Shown here: piece after piece, positions 31,844 through 41,925 of the stretch
How positions within the stretch are numbered: position 1 is the stretch's first letter
Layout: each line of letters opens with the position of its first letter
NCBI GenBank assembly: GCA_016930555.1
Contig: JAFGGM010000051.1
Coordinates: forward strand, 4,715-68,714
Length of the DNA stretch: 64,000 nucleotides
Origin: Candidatus Bathyarchaeum sp.
GTDB taxonomy: Archaea > Thermoproteota > Bathyarchaeia > Bathyarchaeales > Bathyarchaeaceae
Direction: 5' to 3'
Notes under the pieces: model-generated
What the model saw: the letters and a program-made list of their open reading frames with translations, nothing else
Databases searched by the model: none
Told to the model about the DNA's origin: nothing
Position numbers and translations under genes: made by a program

Positions 31844-33778
31844 TCACTTGTTTTTGATGTAAGAAAGCATTCCACCTGCAAGGAGAATATTCTTCTGTCG
31901 TTCGGACAGTTCATAGTTTACTTCAAACTGTTTTCCTTTTGTAAGATTTTTCACAATCAGCGGCTTGTTCTCTGACAGCACTTTTCTGATATCTGGAATC
32001 TCCAGTTCGTCTCCAGAGTCTATCTGGTCATAATCTGATTCTGTTTTGAAGGTTAAGGGGATGATTCCGAAGTTGATCAGGTTTGCTGAGTGAATTCTCT
32101 CAAAGGATTTGGCAATAACCGCCTTTACGCCTAGAAACATTGGACAAAGGGCTGCATGCTCCCGTGAAGAGCCTTGACCGTAGCTTAGTCCGCCTACGAT
32201 AATGTTGTGTTTTCCGCTGTCCCTGATTTCTGACGCTCGCTTGTAGAAGGTGTCATCCACTATCTCAAACACGAACTCAGAATACTTGGGCACATTAGAC
32301 CTGTACTTCATTCTGCTTCCTGCGGGGATGATGTGGTCGGTGGTGATTTTGTCGCCCACCTTGATGGTGACGACCCCAGAGATGTCCGCAGACATAGGCG
32401 GATTAGATGGTGGATCTCCAATGTTTGGACCACGGTATATTTTAACCGCGTCTGGAGTTTCTGAAGGCAACAATATCATGCTGTCGTCGATATAGAATTT
32501 TGCAGGCATCTCCACTACGGGATAGTCCATTCCAAGGTCTCGTGGGTCAATCATTTTGCCTGTTAGAAGGGACGCAGCGGCTGTTTCAGGGCTTGTTAAG
32601 TACAGGTTTGCAGTCTTTGTTCCAGAACGTCCAAAGAAGTTTCTGTTGGAGGTGCGTATTGACACTGCCTCTGTTTGAGGCGACTGGCTGTTTCCGATGC
32701 AGAATCCGCAGACTGGCTCTGTGATTCTGGCGCCAGTGGAATAAAGGTCTGCCAGGGCGCCTTCTTTTGCTAGGTTCTCGATTACCTGTTTTGAGCCTGG
32801 AGAAATAACAAAGCTGACTGAGGGGTGAACCTTTTTGCCCTTCAGGATTTTTGCTACAGTCATTAGGTCCTTGTAAGAAGAGTTTGTGCAGCTTCCTATA
32901 CACACTTGATTAACTTTCATCCCGCTGAGTTCTTTCACTGTTTTGATGTTGCCAGGGCTGTGGGGGTAGGCTGCTAGCGGAACTATTTCGCTCAAGTCGA
33001 TGTCGACCACCCAGTCGTATTCGGCGTCGGGGTCGGCTTTGACTTCAGTCCAGTCTCGTTCTCTGCCCTGAGCCTTCAGGAACTGTTTTGTGGTTTCGTC
33101 AGATGGAAACACGGAAGTTGTGACTCCACATTCTGCCCCCATGTTCGTGATGGTTGCCCGCTCAGGAACAGAAAGGGTTTTGGCTCCCTCGCCTCCATAC
33201 TCAAAGATGGCACCGACGTTGCCTTTTGTGGTGAAAATCTCCAAAACCTTCAGAACCACATCTTTTGCGGAGACCCAAGGTTTCAGTTTTCCCTTCAAAT
33301 TTATTTTTGTGACTTTTGGACACGTAAGATAGAAGGGTTCGCCTCCCATAGCAACAGCGATGTCTAATCCTCCAGCTCCAATGGCAATCATGCCCAGTCC
33401 GCCAGCGGTTGGAGTGTGACTGTCAGAGCCTAAAAGCGTCTTTCCAGGTTTTCCGAACCGTTCAAGATGAACTTGATGGCAGATGCCGTTTCCTGCCCTG
33501 GACAACAGGATGCCATACTTGGCTGCGACTGATTGCAGATAACGATGGTCGTCTGCGTTCTCGAAGCCCACTTGGATTGTGTTGTGGTCTATGTAGCTTA
33601 CAGAAAGCTCGGTTTTGACTTTTGACAGCCCCATTGCCTCAAACTGGAGGTAGGCCATGGTTCCGGTTGCATCCTGCGTCAAAGTCTGGTCAATTTTTAT
33701 GGCAATTTCTTTGCCGGGTTCAAAGTTTCCTTCTACTAGGTGCTTTTCGATTATCTTCTGGGTTATACTTTTACCCAT
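31844..33778 (-). CDS. Aconitate hydratase (short ~640-aa type)
   Basis: TQDATG, DHN, GICHQ, DSHT, GSCTN, CGFCIG, SNRNF, TTDHI, GSSREH. Confidence 0.93.
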   Translation of the reverse strand: MGKSITQKIIEKHLVEGNFEPGKEIAIKIDQTLTQDATGTMAYLQFEAMGLSKVKTELSVSYIDHNTIQVGFENADDHRYLQSVAAKYGILLSRAGNGICHQVHLERFGKPGKTLLGSDSHTPTAGGLGMIAIGAGGLDIAVAMGGEPFYLTCPKVTKINLKGKLKPWVSAKDVVLKVLEIFTTKGNVGAIFEYGGEGAKTLSVPERATITNMGAECGVTTSVFPSDETTKQFLKAQGRERDWTEVKADPDAEYDWVVDIDLSEIVPLAAYPHSPGNIKTVKELSGMKVNQVCIGSCTNSSYKDLMTVAKILKGKKVHPSVSFVISPGSKQVIENLAKEGALADLYSTGARITEPVCGFCIGNSQSPQTEAVSIRTSNRNFFGRSGTKTANLYLTSPETAAASLLTGKMIDPRDLGMDYPVVEMPAKFYIDDSMILLPSETPDAVKIYRGPNIGDPPSNPPMSADISGVVTIKVGDKITTDHIIPAGSRMKYRSNVPKYSEFVFEIVDDTFYKRASEIRDSGKHNIIVGGLSYGQGSSREHAALCPMFLGVKAVIAKSFERIHSANLINFGIIPLTFKTESDYDQIDSGDELEIPDIRKVLSENKPLIVKNLTKGKQFEVNYELSERQKNILLAGGMLSYIKNK

Positions 33779-34013
33779 GCATTTCCTCTCCTTTCCAACA
33801 TTTTCGGGTGATTTTACGTGAATCCACGCAAGCCTAAAAACCTCTTATCTTCATCTTATTTCTAATATAAAACATTAACGAATACCCACATCTAGGGCAC
33901 TTTTTTTGGGTTCAACCGTCTGTGTTAGAAAAATAGAAGCTTAGAACAGCAGTTAGACGCCGAAAGAATGAAGTAAAGTGTTTTATTTTGGGCTTAACGT
34001 CAGATAGAATGGT

Positions 34014-34853
34014 GTGTTTGTATTGAGGATTGCTTTTCAGGGAGAGCTTGGTGCCTACAGCGAGATGGCAGTTTACAGTTTTTTCGGCGAGTCAGTATTG
34101 GTTAAGCCATGCGAAAGCTTTGATGAAGTCTTCGAAAGCGTCAAAACAGGTACTGTAGACTATGGCGTCGTTCCCATCGAAAACTCCATTGAAGGCAGCG
34201 TAAACCGCACCTACGACCTGTTTCTAGAATATGATTTGAAGGTCTGCGGCGAAATAATCATCAGAATAAGCCACTGTCTCATAGCCCACCAAGGCACCAA
34301 AATAGACCAAATCAAAACAGTTTACAGTCACCCCCAAGCCTTGGCACAGTGCAGAAAGTTTCTGGAACAATACAAACTGAAGGCAATTAGCACCTTCGAT
34401 ACTGCAGGCAGCGTAAAGATGATTAAAGAAGAAAAGATGATGGACGCAGCTGCCATAGCCAGCGAAAGAGCCGCCAAAATCTACGACATGACCATACTGG
34501 AGAAGGAAATAGAGGACAGCAAAAACAATTCCACACGATTCTTTGTGTTGGACAAGAAGGATTCGCAGTACTCTGGAGAAGATAAAACATCAATAATCTT
34601 TGGAGCAAAATCGGTGCCCGGGGCACTGTACAAGATATTGAAGGAGTTTGCTGACAGGAATATAAACTTGACAAAAATTGAGTCTAGACCTACCAAGAGC
34701 ACTCCATGGGAATACCATTTCTATCTAGACTTTGAGGGGCACAGAACGGACATAAAAAGCCAGCAAGCTCTAGAAAGCATCACCGACAAAACAGTGTTCG
34801 TTAAAATCCTTGGCTCCTACAAGGCAGCAAACAAATCCAACTGTAAGCTCTAG
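34014..34853 (+). CDS. pheA: Prephenate dehydratase with ACT domain
   Basis: AFQGELGAYSE, PIENSIEG, SHPQALAQC, NSTRF, TKIESRP. Confidence 0.95.
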   Translation: MFVLRIAFQGELGAYSEMAVYSFFGESVLVKPCESFDEVFESVKTGTVDYGVVPIENSIEGSVNRTYDLFLEYDLKVCGEIIIRISHCLIAHQGTKIDQIKTVYSHPQALAQCRKFLEQYKLKAISTFDTAGSVKMIKEEKMMDAAAIASERAAKIYDMTILEKEIEDSKNNSTRFFVLDKKDSQYSGEDKTSIIFGAKSVPGALYKILKEFADRNINLTKIESRPTKSTPWEYHFYLDFEGHRTDIKSQQALESITDKTVFVKILGSYKAANKSNCKL

Positions 34854-35719
34854 GAATCATCAAGCAGACGATACATAAGGCCATAGTATTTCTCGTAGTC
34901 AGGGTCAACTTCCCGAAGCCGCTTCTTAACCTTCTCCATCTTACGTCTGAAACCAGCGCAGTCTTTCTTTTTAACCAGCTTGAGCCACTCTTCAACCTTA
35001 TCCAGAAACAGGCCTTCAATCTTCTCCATCTCAGGCAGGCTCATGTGAAGATTCGAATAGAAACCCGGCTCCTCAGCAGCGACAGCCCCAGCCAAAGTCA
35101 ACAACATCTGATAGGTTGCGCCGCCCACCTTTTTTGCCTCAGCATAATCCTGATTATCTAGCAGAGCGTCGCCTGCAACCAAACCAACAAAGTGGGGGAA
35201 ACCTAAAACAAGCGACATCAACGTATCATGTTTTCTAGGTGCCATCACCGTCACTTTCGCACCTCGCGCCTTCAGCCAGTCTTTAAACTCCTCAGCGAAA
35301 CGTTTCTCTTCTTCTTGGACGGGGGTTAAAACAAAGTTTTGTCCTTCAAGGCTTTTAGCTCCTGGACCAAAAACAGGGTGAGTGCCCAAGATGACGCCCT
35401 TCGTGACGTATTTGTGTAGCATATTCACGGGGATTTCTTTGATTGAGCTGATGTCCATGACGGTCTGACCTGTTTTGATGTGGGAGCTGACCTCCTTCAG
35501 GGCAGGTTCCAAGCCATCTAAAGACACACACAATAGTATCCAGTCAGCGCCTTCCACAGCTTTAGAATTAGTGTCTGCTAATTCAACGCCTAACTCGTTT
35601 CGTAGGGCTTCTGCTTTTTTTCGGGTTCGGCTGGAAACAACTACAGAATAGCCTTCATCCTTGAAGAATCGTGCGAACCATCGACCCATCTTTCCTGCGC
35701 CAATAATTGCTACCCTCAA
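34850..35719 (-). CDS. tyrA: Prephenate/arogenate dehydrogenase
   Basis: GAGKMG, DISSIK, THPVFGP, HDTLMS. Confidence 0.9.
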   Translation of the reverse strand: MRVAIIGAGKMGRWFARFFKDEGYSVVVSSRTRKKAEALRNELGVELADTNSKAVEGADWILLCVSLDGLEPALKEVSSHIKTGQTVMDISSIKEIPVNMLHKYVTKGVILGTHPVFGPGAKSLEGQNFVLTPVQEEEKRFAEEFKDWLKARGAKVTVMAPRKHDTLMSLVLGFPHFVGLVAGDALLDNQDYAEAKKVGGATYQMLLTLAGAVAAEEPGFYSNLHMSLPEMEKIEGLFLDKVEEWLKLVKKKDCAGFRRKMEKVKKRLREVDPDYEKYYGLMYRLLDDS

Positions 35720-36789
35720 GGCAGAGCCTCACAAAGCGTCTCCAAACCTTCCCTAATCTTTTCTTCATTCACAGTCAAAGCTATTCTGAAGTATTCACGA
35801 TAATCTCCGAAAGCGGTTCCAGGAGCTATAGCAACTCCGCTGTCCAGCAGGTCCAAGGCGAAACGTTCAGAATCCAAGCCATCAACTTTTGGAAACAGAT
35901 AAAATGGTGCATCAGGACGGGAAAAATTCATCTTTGCTTTGGAAAGAACTTTGGTTGCGGCGTCTGCCCTTAGCCTGAACTGGTCTCTGACCGCATCCTC
36001 AATCTTTTTCTTAGTTTCGAGCCCCTTCAGGGCTCCGTATTGGATAAAGGCGGGAACACAGGTTGTAGTTATCTGGTTCAGCTTAATCATCTTCTGTGCC
36101 AACTCCTTCTCAACAATGGCATAACCAATTCTCCAGCCTGTCATCGCAAAAATTTTAGAGAAACCGCTTATCAGTATCTGGTCATCGCCGAAATCGAGGA
36201 TACTCTTAGCTTTGACGAAGCTTATATCCGCGTAGACCTCATCAGACATGACAGTTATTCCTCTGCTTTTTGCGATTTGGACAATCTCGCTGAAGGTTTT
36301 CTCATCAATAACTTTGCTTGTTGGATTGCCGGGACTATTAAGAATCAGTAGTCTCGTTTTTTCATCGATTAGGTTCTCCAGTTTTTCAACATCAATCTTC
36401 CAGTTAGACTCAAGGTCTCCCTTCAGAAAACGTAGCTCAGCTCCAACCCTCTTCGCAGCTAAGTCGTAGCTGGTCCAGTGAGGAGAAGGAACAACAACGT
36501 TTTCGCCCTTGTTCAGTAACAGAAACATCAAAGAAAAAACGGCCCATTTTGAGCCGGTGGTTATCACCACATTATCCACTGAAACATCATGGATGCTCGC
36601 CAACTCTTCCCGTAGCACCTTCTCGCCAGCAGCAGAAGAATATTTTGTCTTTCCCTGTTTCATGGCGTCATAGGCTGCTTCAATTATTTCGGGTGGCGTT
36701 GGCATATCTGGGTCTCCCAGATTAAATTTGATCATTTTCTTTCCTTGGTTCTCAAGTTGTATCGCTTTTTCGCTTATTTCATACAGCAT
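35716..36789 (-). CDS. Class I PLP aminotransferase (aromatic/aspartate type)
   Basis: GDPD, NSPGNPT, SDEVY, SKIFAMTGWRIG; lies between aroQ and tyrA. Confidence 0.9.
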   Translation of the reverse strand: MLYEISEKAIQLENQGKKMIKFNLGDPDMPTPPEIIEAAYDAMKQGKTKYSSAAGEKVLREELASIHDVSVDNVVITTGSKWAVFSLMFLLLNKGENVVVPSPHWTSYDLAAKRVGAELRFLKGDLESNWKIDVEKLENLIDEKTRLLILNSPGNPTSKVIDEKTFSEIVQIAKSRGITVMSDEVYADISFVKAKSILDFGDDQILISGFSKIFAMTGWRIGYAIVEKELAQKMIKLNQITTTCVPAFIQYGALKGLETKKKIEDAVRDQFRLRADAATKVLSKAKMNFSRPDAPFYLFPKVDGLDSERFALDLLDSGVAIAPGTAFGDYREYFRIALTVNEEKIREGLETLCEALP

Positions 36790-36793
36790 TTTC

Positions 36794-36844
36794 CTAAACC
36801 CCGAGGAACCACCAAATTGAATAGTTGTTCATCATGAATGACAT
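36794..36844 (-). CDS. Candidate aromatic-rich uORF MSFMMNNYSIWWFLGV
   Basis: Hand translation. Alternative ATGs at 36835 and 36832; the stop lies 4 nt before the aminotransferase ATG. Confidence 0.45.
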   Translation of the reverse strand: MSFMMNNYSIWWFLGV

Positions 36845-36863
36845 GGCAATGCTTTAAGTATTC

Positions 36864-37139
36864 TTATTCTGCGCCTTGAACAGAGACGCTCAAATCAATT
36901 ATCTGTTTGAAAATGGCTTCAACTTTTTGGGGATCAAGTCCAGCTTCTAACGCTTTTGCCATGATGTGCACGTAAACTGCATCTTCTCTCCGAAGATCCT
37001 TTACAGCTAGTCCAGTTTCTTTTTTGATTTTGCCGATACTTTTACAGAGTTCTATCCTATCCTTTAGAAGGATAACAAGATTTTCATCGATTGCGTCAAT
37101 CTTCTTCCTTAACCCCATAATACTCTCCAACAGCTTCAA
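36864..37139 (-). CDS. aroQ: Chorismate mutase type II (AroQ)
   Basis: LRKKIDAID..LV.LL.DR......IG.IK, D.RRE; exact start uncertain. Confidence 0.9.
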   Translation of the reverse strand: MKLLESIMGLRKKIDAIDENLVILLKDRIELCKSIGKIKKETGLAVKDLRREDAVYVHIMAKALEAGLDPQKVEAIFKQIIDLSVSVQGAE

Positions 37140-38241
37140 CTCCTAAAACTTTAGGTATAAATCCACCACGAATCAGTTGATCAACCAGAACTATGGCAAC
37201 CGAGGCCTCAACAGCAGGCACAGCTTTGGGCACCACACAGGGGTCATGCCTGCCTTGCACCTTGATTGTTGTGTCCTCCATCTTCGACAAGTCCACAGTT
37301 TGTTGCTCTTTAGAAATCGATGGAGTAGGCTTCACTGCCACTCTAACCACAAGAGGTGTCCCAGAAGATAAGCCCCCTAAGACGCCGCCAGCGTTATTGT
37401 TCAGCATTTCGACTTCTTCGTTACATATTCTGTAAGGGTCATTGTTTTCTGAGCCCTTCATTTTTGCAGCTGCGAATCCTACGCCGAATTCAACACCCTT
37501 AACGGCGGGAACATCAAAGAGTGCCTTCCCAATTTCTGCATCTAAAGAATCAAAAAGGGGTTCACCGACCCCAACTGGAAGACCAAAGGCGACGCACTCA
37601 ACGGTTCCGCCCAAACTGTCCCCCTCTTTTTTTGCCTTCAAAATCGCTTCTACCATTTTCTTTGCCAATTGGGGGTCTGGGCATCTCACAGAGTTCGCAT
37701 AAATGTTTTCTCTAACCTCGCTAAGAGACAGATTTGCCTCCAGTTCGATGTCTTCGACGGCGGTTGTGTACGCCAGAACTTCAACATTGAAGACGTCTAG
37801 CAGTTTTTTGGCGATGGCACCAGCGATTATGAAAGCTACAGTGATTCTACCTGAGAATCTTCCCCCTCCACGGTAATCACTGAATCCCAAATACTTGACT
37901 GTTACAGGGTAATCAGCGTGTCCAGGTCTAGGCGTATACTTTATTGAATCATAGTCGCCAGAAACAACCTCTCTATTCCACACCAAAGCGCAGATTGGAG
38001 CACCAGTGGTGAAGCCATCAAAAGTTCCTGACAAAATTTCTACAACATCTTTTTCTCTTCGGGCAGAAACAATTTCCTTGTTAGCAGGCAACCTTTTGTC
38101 CAGTTCCATCTGGATGTCTTCTTCTGCGAAGGGAAGACCTGCTGGACACCCGTCTATGACTGCTCCGACGCATCTACCATGGCTTTCGCCGAAGCAGGTT
38201 ACTACGAATTCCTTTCCTATCGAGTTAGATCCCAATAACAT
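37096..38241 (-). CDS. aroC: Chorismate synthase
   Basis: GESHG, PRPGHAD, GGGRFSGR, NNAGG.LGG.S, KPTPSI, GRHDPC. Confidence 0.96.
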   Translation of the reverse strand: MLLGSNSIGKEFVVTCFGESHGRCVGAVIDGCPAGLPFAEEDIQMELDKRLPANKEIVSARREKDVVEILSGTFDGFTTGAPICALVWNREVVSGDYDSIKYTPRPGHADYPVTVKYLGFSDYRGGGRFSGRITVAFIIAGAIAKKLLDVFNVEVLAYTTAVEDIELEANLSLSEVRENIYANSVRCPDPQLAKKMVEAILKAKKEGDSLGGTVECVAFGLPVGVGEPLFDSLDAEIGKALFDVPAVKGVEFGVGFAAAKMKGSENNDPYRICNEEVEMLNNNAGGVLGGLSSGTPLVVRVAVKPTPSISKEQQTVDLSKMEDTTIKVQGRHDPCVVPKAVPAVEASVAIVLVDQLIRGGFIPKVLGVEAVGEYYGVKEED

Positions 38242-39499
38242 TCACTCCTAACACACGCAAGTCCTTGAAGAACTGCGGGTATGATTTATTTATACATTCA
38301 ACGTTTTGAATTTTTGTCTCTCCCTTAGCTCCAAGAGCTGCTACGGCACATGCCATGGCGATTCTGTGGTCATTGTGGGGATCAATGGTTGTTCCATGTA
38401 AGTTGCATCCCCCGTTTATTGTTAAGCCATCCTCGTTTACTGTGACGTCAGCGCCCATATTCTGTAGTTCTGTGCTTATCGAATCGAGCCTGTCTGATTC
38501 TTTGTACCTGAGCCTCTTGGCATTAAATATTTCCGAACACCCTTCAGCGTAGCATGCAAGAACTGCGCAGACAGGAACCAAATCTGGGATGTCTTTGGCG
38601 TCGATGTTAACTCCTGCAAGTGTTTTTCCTGTGACCTCAACAGAGTTGTCTCCTATCGTAACTGATGTGCCCATCTTTTCAAGTATGTCAACTATTGCTT
38701 TGTCGCCTTGAAAGGTTTGATACTCAAGACCTTTCACCTTTACCCGTGATGAGGTAACTGCTGCAGCTGCCAAAAGAAAGGCAGCAGACGAAAAATCGCC
38801 CGGAACAGTATGATCACATGGACGGTAGTTCTGGTTTGCGGGAATCTTCAGCTGCGAAAAATCATGATCCACCGAAGTTTCGATGCCATGCTTACCGAGG
38901 ATTTCAAGGGTCATCTCAACGTAGTCCTTGGACTCCAGTTGGGTTGTGACATTGATTTCTGTGTTTTCTTTCGCTTTTGGACAAGCAAACAGTAACCCAG
39001 AGATAAATTGGGAGCTTACGTCGCCCCTTATCGAAGTTTTTCCGCCCCTGATTCCTCCGCCACCAACACAGACAGACGAACCTCGTGCAATAGCAATTTC
39101 TGCTCCCAGTTCTTTGAGGCTTTCAAGAAGAGGCGCCACTGGTCTCCGTTCAAAGGATGCTTCAAAAAGAAACTTTGATTGGCCGGCTGCAAGAGTTGCA
39201 ACTGGAATCATGAAACGAAGAGTTGACCCAGATTCTCTGCAGTCTATGGGTTGGCTTGGCGTTCGAGGGCGTTCTGTTCCTTGGATTATCCTGCAGTTTT
39301 TTTTGAGTTCTGTTGTTGCTCCAAAGGCTTCTACTGCCTCCAGAGTCGCCTGAGTGTCATCTGAGACCAGAGGATTGCGTATTCGTGAAGTGCCGTTAGA
39401 CAATGATGCGGTTATAAGCATACGGTGGGTGTAAGCTTTGGATGAAGGAGCCGAAACCACGCCTTCAAGACGTTCAGTGTTCCTGACTATTACATCCAT
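38225..39499 (-). CDS. aroA: 3-phosphoshikimate 1-carboxyvinyltransferase (EPSP synthase)
   Basis: SSKAYTHR, ESGSTLRF, SSQFISGLL, RYKESDR, NDHRIAMA, KSYPQF; start trimmed to ATG 39499. Confidence 0.95.
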   Translation of the reverse strand: MDVIVRNTERLEGVVSAPSSKAYTHRMLITASLSNGTSRIRNPLVSDDTQATLEAVEAFGATTELKKNCRIIQGTERPRTPSQPIDCRESGSTLRFMIPVATLAAGQSKFLFEASFERRPVAPLLESLKELGAEIAIARGSSVCVGGGGIRGGKTSIRGDVSSQFISGLLFACPKAKENTEINVTTQLESKDYVEMTLEILGKHGIETSVDHDFSQLKIPANQNYRPCDHTVPGDFSSAAFLLAAAAVTSSRVKVKGLEYQTFQGDKAIVDILEKMGTSVTIGDNSVEVTGKTLAGVNIDAKDIPDLVPVCAVLACYAEGCSEIFNAKRLRYKESDRLDSISTELQNMGADVTVNEDGLTINGGCNLHGTTIDPHNDHRIAMACAVAALGAKGETKIQNVECINKSYPQFFKDLRVLGVNVIGI

Positions 39500-39503
39500 C
39501 TTT

Positions 39504-40376
39504 TTAGTCCACAACCTTAGCTTTCTCTTTATTGATGTGAGCCTCAAGGATTTCTCCCTCACGGCTCCGCCAAACATCCTTTATAAGGTCGATTTTGTCT
39601 TCTGGAAGGATAGCTGTCACTGCGGGTCCAGTTCCAGACAAGCCAGAAGCATAGGCTCCTGCGGTGATGGCTTCTACAGATGGCGACAAATCGTAGCCTA
39701 GGGCTAATGAGTAGATTAATCCGTTCATTGTTAGGGCTGCCCAGTAGTTGCCGCTTAATGCTTCGTTGTAGGCGATTTTGACGATGGGAGCTATTTCCTT
39801 CATCCGCTGCACGTCTGTTTCTGCTGTGTAGGTTTTTTTGGTTGGAACATAGAACAGGACTGCAGGTGCTTCAGGCAACTCGAAACGTTTGACGATTCTC
39901 CGCTCCAAGTTATCCGTGATTACAACTCCGCCAAAAAATGAGGCACAAGCATCGTCAAAGGCTCCAGTTATGGTAACTTTTGCCTCCAATGCCCCGTCAA
40001 TACCAAGCTTCACCACATCAACGTCATCCAAGTTGCGTTCCAGTGCCGCAGTAGTTGCCAAGGCTATGGCATTCGCTGCTGCACTGCTACTTTTCATTCC
40101 CCTTGCCACAGGAATGTTTGATTGGGTTTCAACTTTGGCACCATACTTTTTTTCTAGACCGAAACGTTTGAGAACGCTCATGACAGTCTTTTGTGCCAGA
40201 AGAGGGTTCTCTGAGGAATCTGAAAGAATCTTAACGTGTACTACTCCGGGGTCTTCGTTGATGGAGACGGTAGCTTTTGTCCACAGGTCTACTCCTATGG
40301 CTGCTCCTTTGCCTGTAGCTATGGCATTGATTATTGTGGCTGCGCCATGAGTTATTGCCTCAGCTTTTCCCCTCAA
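39504..40376 (-). CDS. aroK: Archaeal GHMP-type shikimate kinase
   Basis: HGAATIINAIATG.GA, P.ARGMKSSSAA, TGAFDDA, GLSGTGP. Confidence 0.93.
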   Translation of the reverse strand: MRGKAEAITHGAATIINAIATGKGAAIGVDLWTKATVSINEDPGVVHVKILSDSSENPLLAQKTVMSVLKRFGLEKKYGAKVETQSNIPVARGMKSSSAAANAIALATTAALERNLDDVDVVKLGIDGALEAKVTITGAFDDACASFFGGVVITDNLERRIVKRFELPEAPAVLFYVPTKKTYTAETDVQRMKEIAPIVKIAYNEALSGNYWAALTMNGLIYSLALGYDLSPSVEAITAGAYASGLSGTGPAVTAILPEDKIDLIKDVWRSREGEILEAHINKEKAKVVD

Positions 40377-41242
40377 GGACGGACACCCTGTTCAGCCAGT
40401 TTACTCAAGGCAACTTTCTTCATGACATCAACTGGAGCCGGACAGTTAGTCCAGATTTCGAAAGCAAAAGCCCCTTGATACAGCAGCATCTCTAGACCCG
40501 AAACCACCTTAGCACCCACAATCTTTGCGTCTTTCAGGAACTTTGTTTCTAATGGATTATAGATGATGTCCATCACACACAAGCCAGAATGCAACAAATC
40601 TGCGGGAACGGGGCTTGCGTTAACGTCTGGGCTCATGCCAACAGATGTGGCGTTAACAAGAACGTCAGTGTTTCCCAGTTCTTCTTTCAGGACCTCAACT
40701 GATAGGGTTCTGCCAGTTACTTTGGTGCCAAATGTTTTGTTTAACAGTTCAGCTAGCTGTTTTGCCTTCTCTTCAGTTCTGTTGAGGATAACAAGTTCGT
40801 CTGTTTCTTGGGTTGCCTGAAAGGCTATGGCTTTTGCTGCGCCACCTGCACCTAGGAGAAGCATCTTCTTTTCTTCTGAGTCTATACGGTTTTCTTTGAG
40901 GGCAATCATAACGCCTTTGCCGTCTGTGTTGTATCCGAACAGTCTTCCCCGCTCGTTTAGGATTGTATTCACTGCGCCAATAGCCTTCGCTGTAGAATCA
41001 GTTTCATCCAAATATTGTATGATGGCATGTTTGTGGGGCATAGTAACATTTAATCCTAAGAGACCCAAACTTTTTGCACCCAAAATCGCATCTTCTAACC
41101 CCTCTGTTTTTACGGAGAAAGCCACGTAAACAATGTTTAGTCCCAATTCTTTGAAGGCTGCGTTATGCATTACAGGACTTAAAGAGTGGTCTACTGGGTC
41201 GCCGATGACGGCACAAACCTTGGTTTTTCCGTTGATTTTCAT
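40373..41242 (-). CDS. aroE: Shikimate dehydrogenase
   Basis: HSLSP.MHN, NVTMPHK, GAVNT, NTDG, GAGGAA, NATSVG; start trimmed to ATG 41242. Confidence 0.95.
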   Translation of the reverse strand: MKINGKTKVCAVIGDPVDHSLSPVMHNAAFKELGLNIVYVAFSVKTEGLEDAILGAKSLGLLGLNVTMPHKHAIIQYLDETDSTAKAIGAVNTILNERGRLFGYNTDGKGVMIALKENRIDSEEKKMLLLGAGGAAKAIAFQATQETDELVILNRTEEKAKQLAELLNKTFGTKVTGRTLSVEVLKEELGNTDVLVNATSVGMSPDVNASPVPADLLHSGLCVMDIIYNPLETKFLKDAKIVGAKVVSGLEMLLYQGAFAFEIWTNCPAPVDVMKKVALSKLAEQGVRP

Positions 41243-41244
41243 TG

Positions 41245-41925
41245 TTATTGCCCCATCAGCTGGTACGCCTTTTTCATTTCCTGAATAGTTAATTGCCCTT
41301 TTGCTGTTTTTCTTTTTTCGCCAATAGAAGCAAAGGTAAAGAAGGCTCCGAAGATAGGAGACAAGAAACGTGAAGGTACGCCGAGGTCTCCCATAGCAAA
41401 ACAAACAATTTTACATTTTTTGAAAACCTTGGAAACTAGATCTATGACTGTCGAGTTATCTTCAACGGATTTAGCGGTGGTTATAATTTTGCAGACATCA
41501 GCACCCAAAGCCACCTCCTCATCAACAACCTTTTCCAGTTGCGAGAGGGAAGGAGTTCGCTCGAAATCATGGAATGATATGATGACTTTTGCTCCAGCCT
41601 CACGCAGACTTCTGATTAATTTTTCCTGATTAGGTGTGCCCAAATCTACATCTACATATGTGAAGCCACTTTTTGCGGCATTCAACAAGATTTTTTGGCG
41701 CTCAGTTTCGTTTCCTGAAAAATTGCCGAGGTTTTTCTGTGATTTGTTTGTTGCTATCAGGGGCGTCTTGGTGTAGCGTGTAATTTCGGGGATACGGTCA
41801 TGGTTTTTGAGACTGTCTAATCTTATTTCAATGAGGTCTGCATCTTGAGCTTCAGCGTGTTTTATCAAACAGAATGCTTCTTCAACTGTTTTTGGAGGTA
41901 CTGCAACGCAGACTCTGACTGTCAA
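41245..41925 (-). CDS. aroD: Type I 3-dehydroquinate dehydratase
   Basis: EIRLD, ISFHDFERTP, DVCKI, FAMG, TAKGQL. Confidence 0.92.
   Translation of the reverse strand: MTVRVCVAVPPKTVEEAFCLIKHAEAQDADLIEIRLDSLKNHDRIPEITRYTKTPLIATNKSQKNLGNFSGNETERQKILLNAAKSGFTYVDVDLGTPNQEKLIRSLREAGAKVIISFHDFERTPSLSQLEKVVDEEVALGADVCKIITTAKSVEDNSTVIDLVSKVFKKCKIVCFAMGDLGVPSRFLSPIFGAFFTFASIGEKRKTAKGQLTIQEMKKAYQLMGQ

Noticed and set aside
33978..34007. Mini-ORF MFYFGLNVR upstream of pheA
   Set aside because: The F-Y-F codons are the TTTTATTTT TATA-like element itself and are probably not transcribed.
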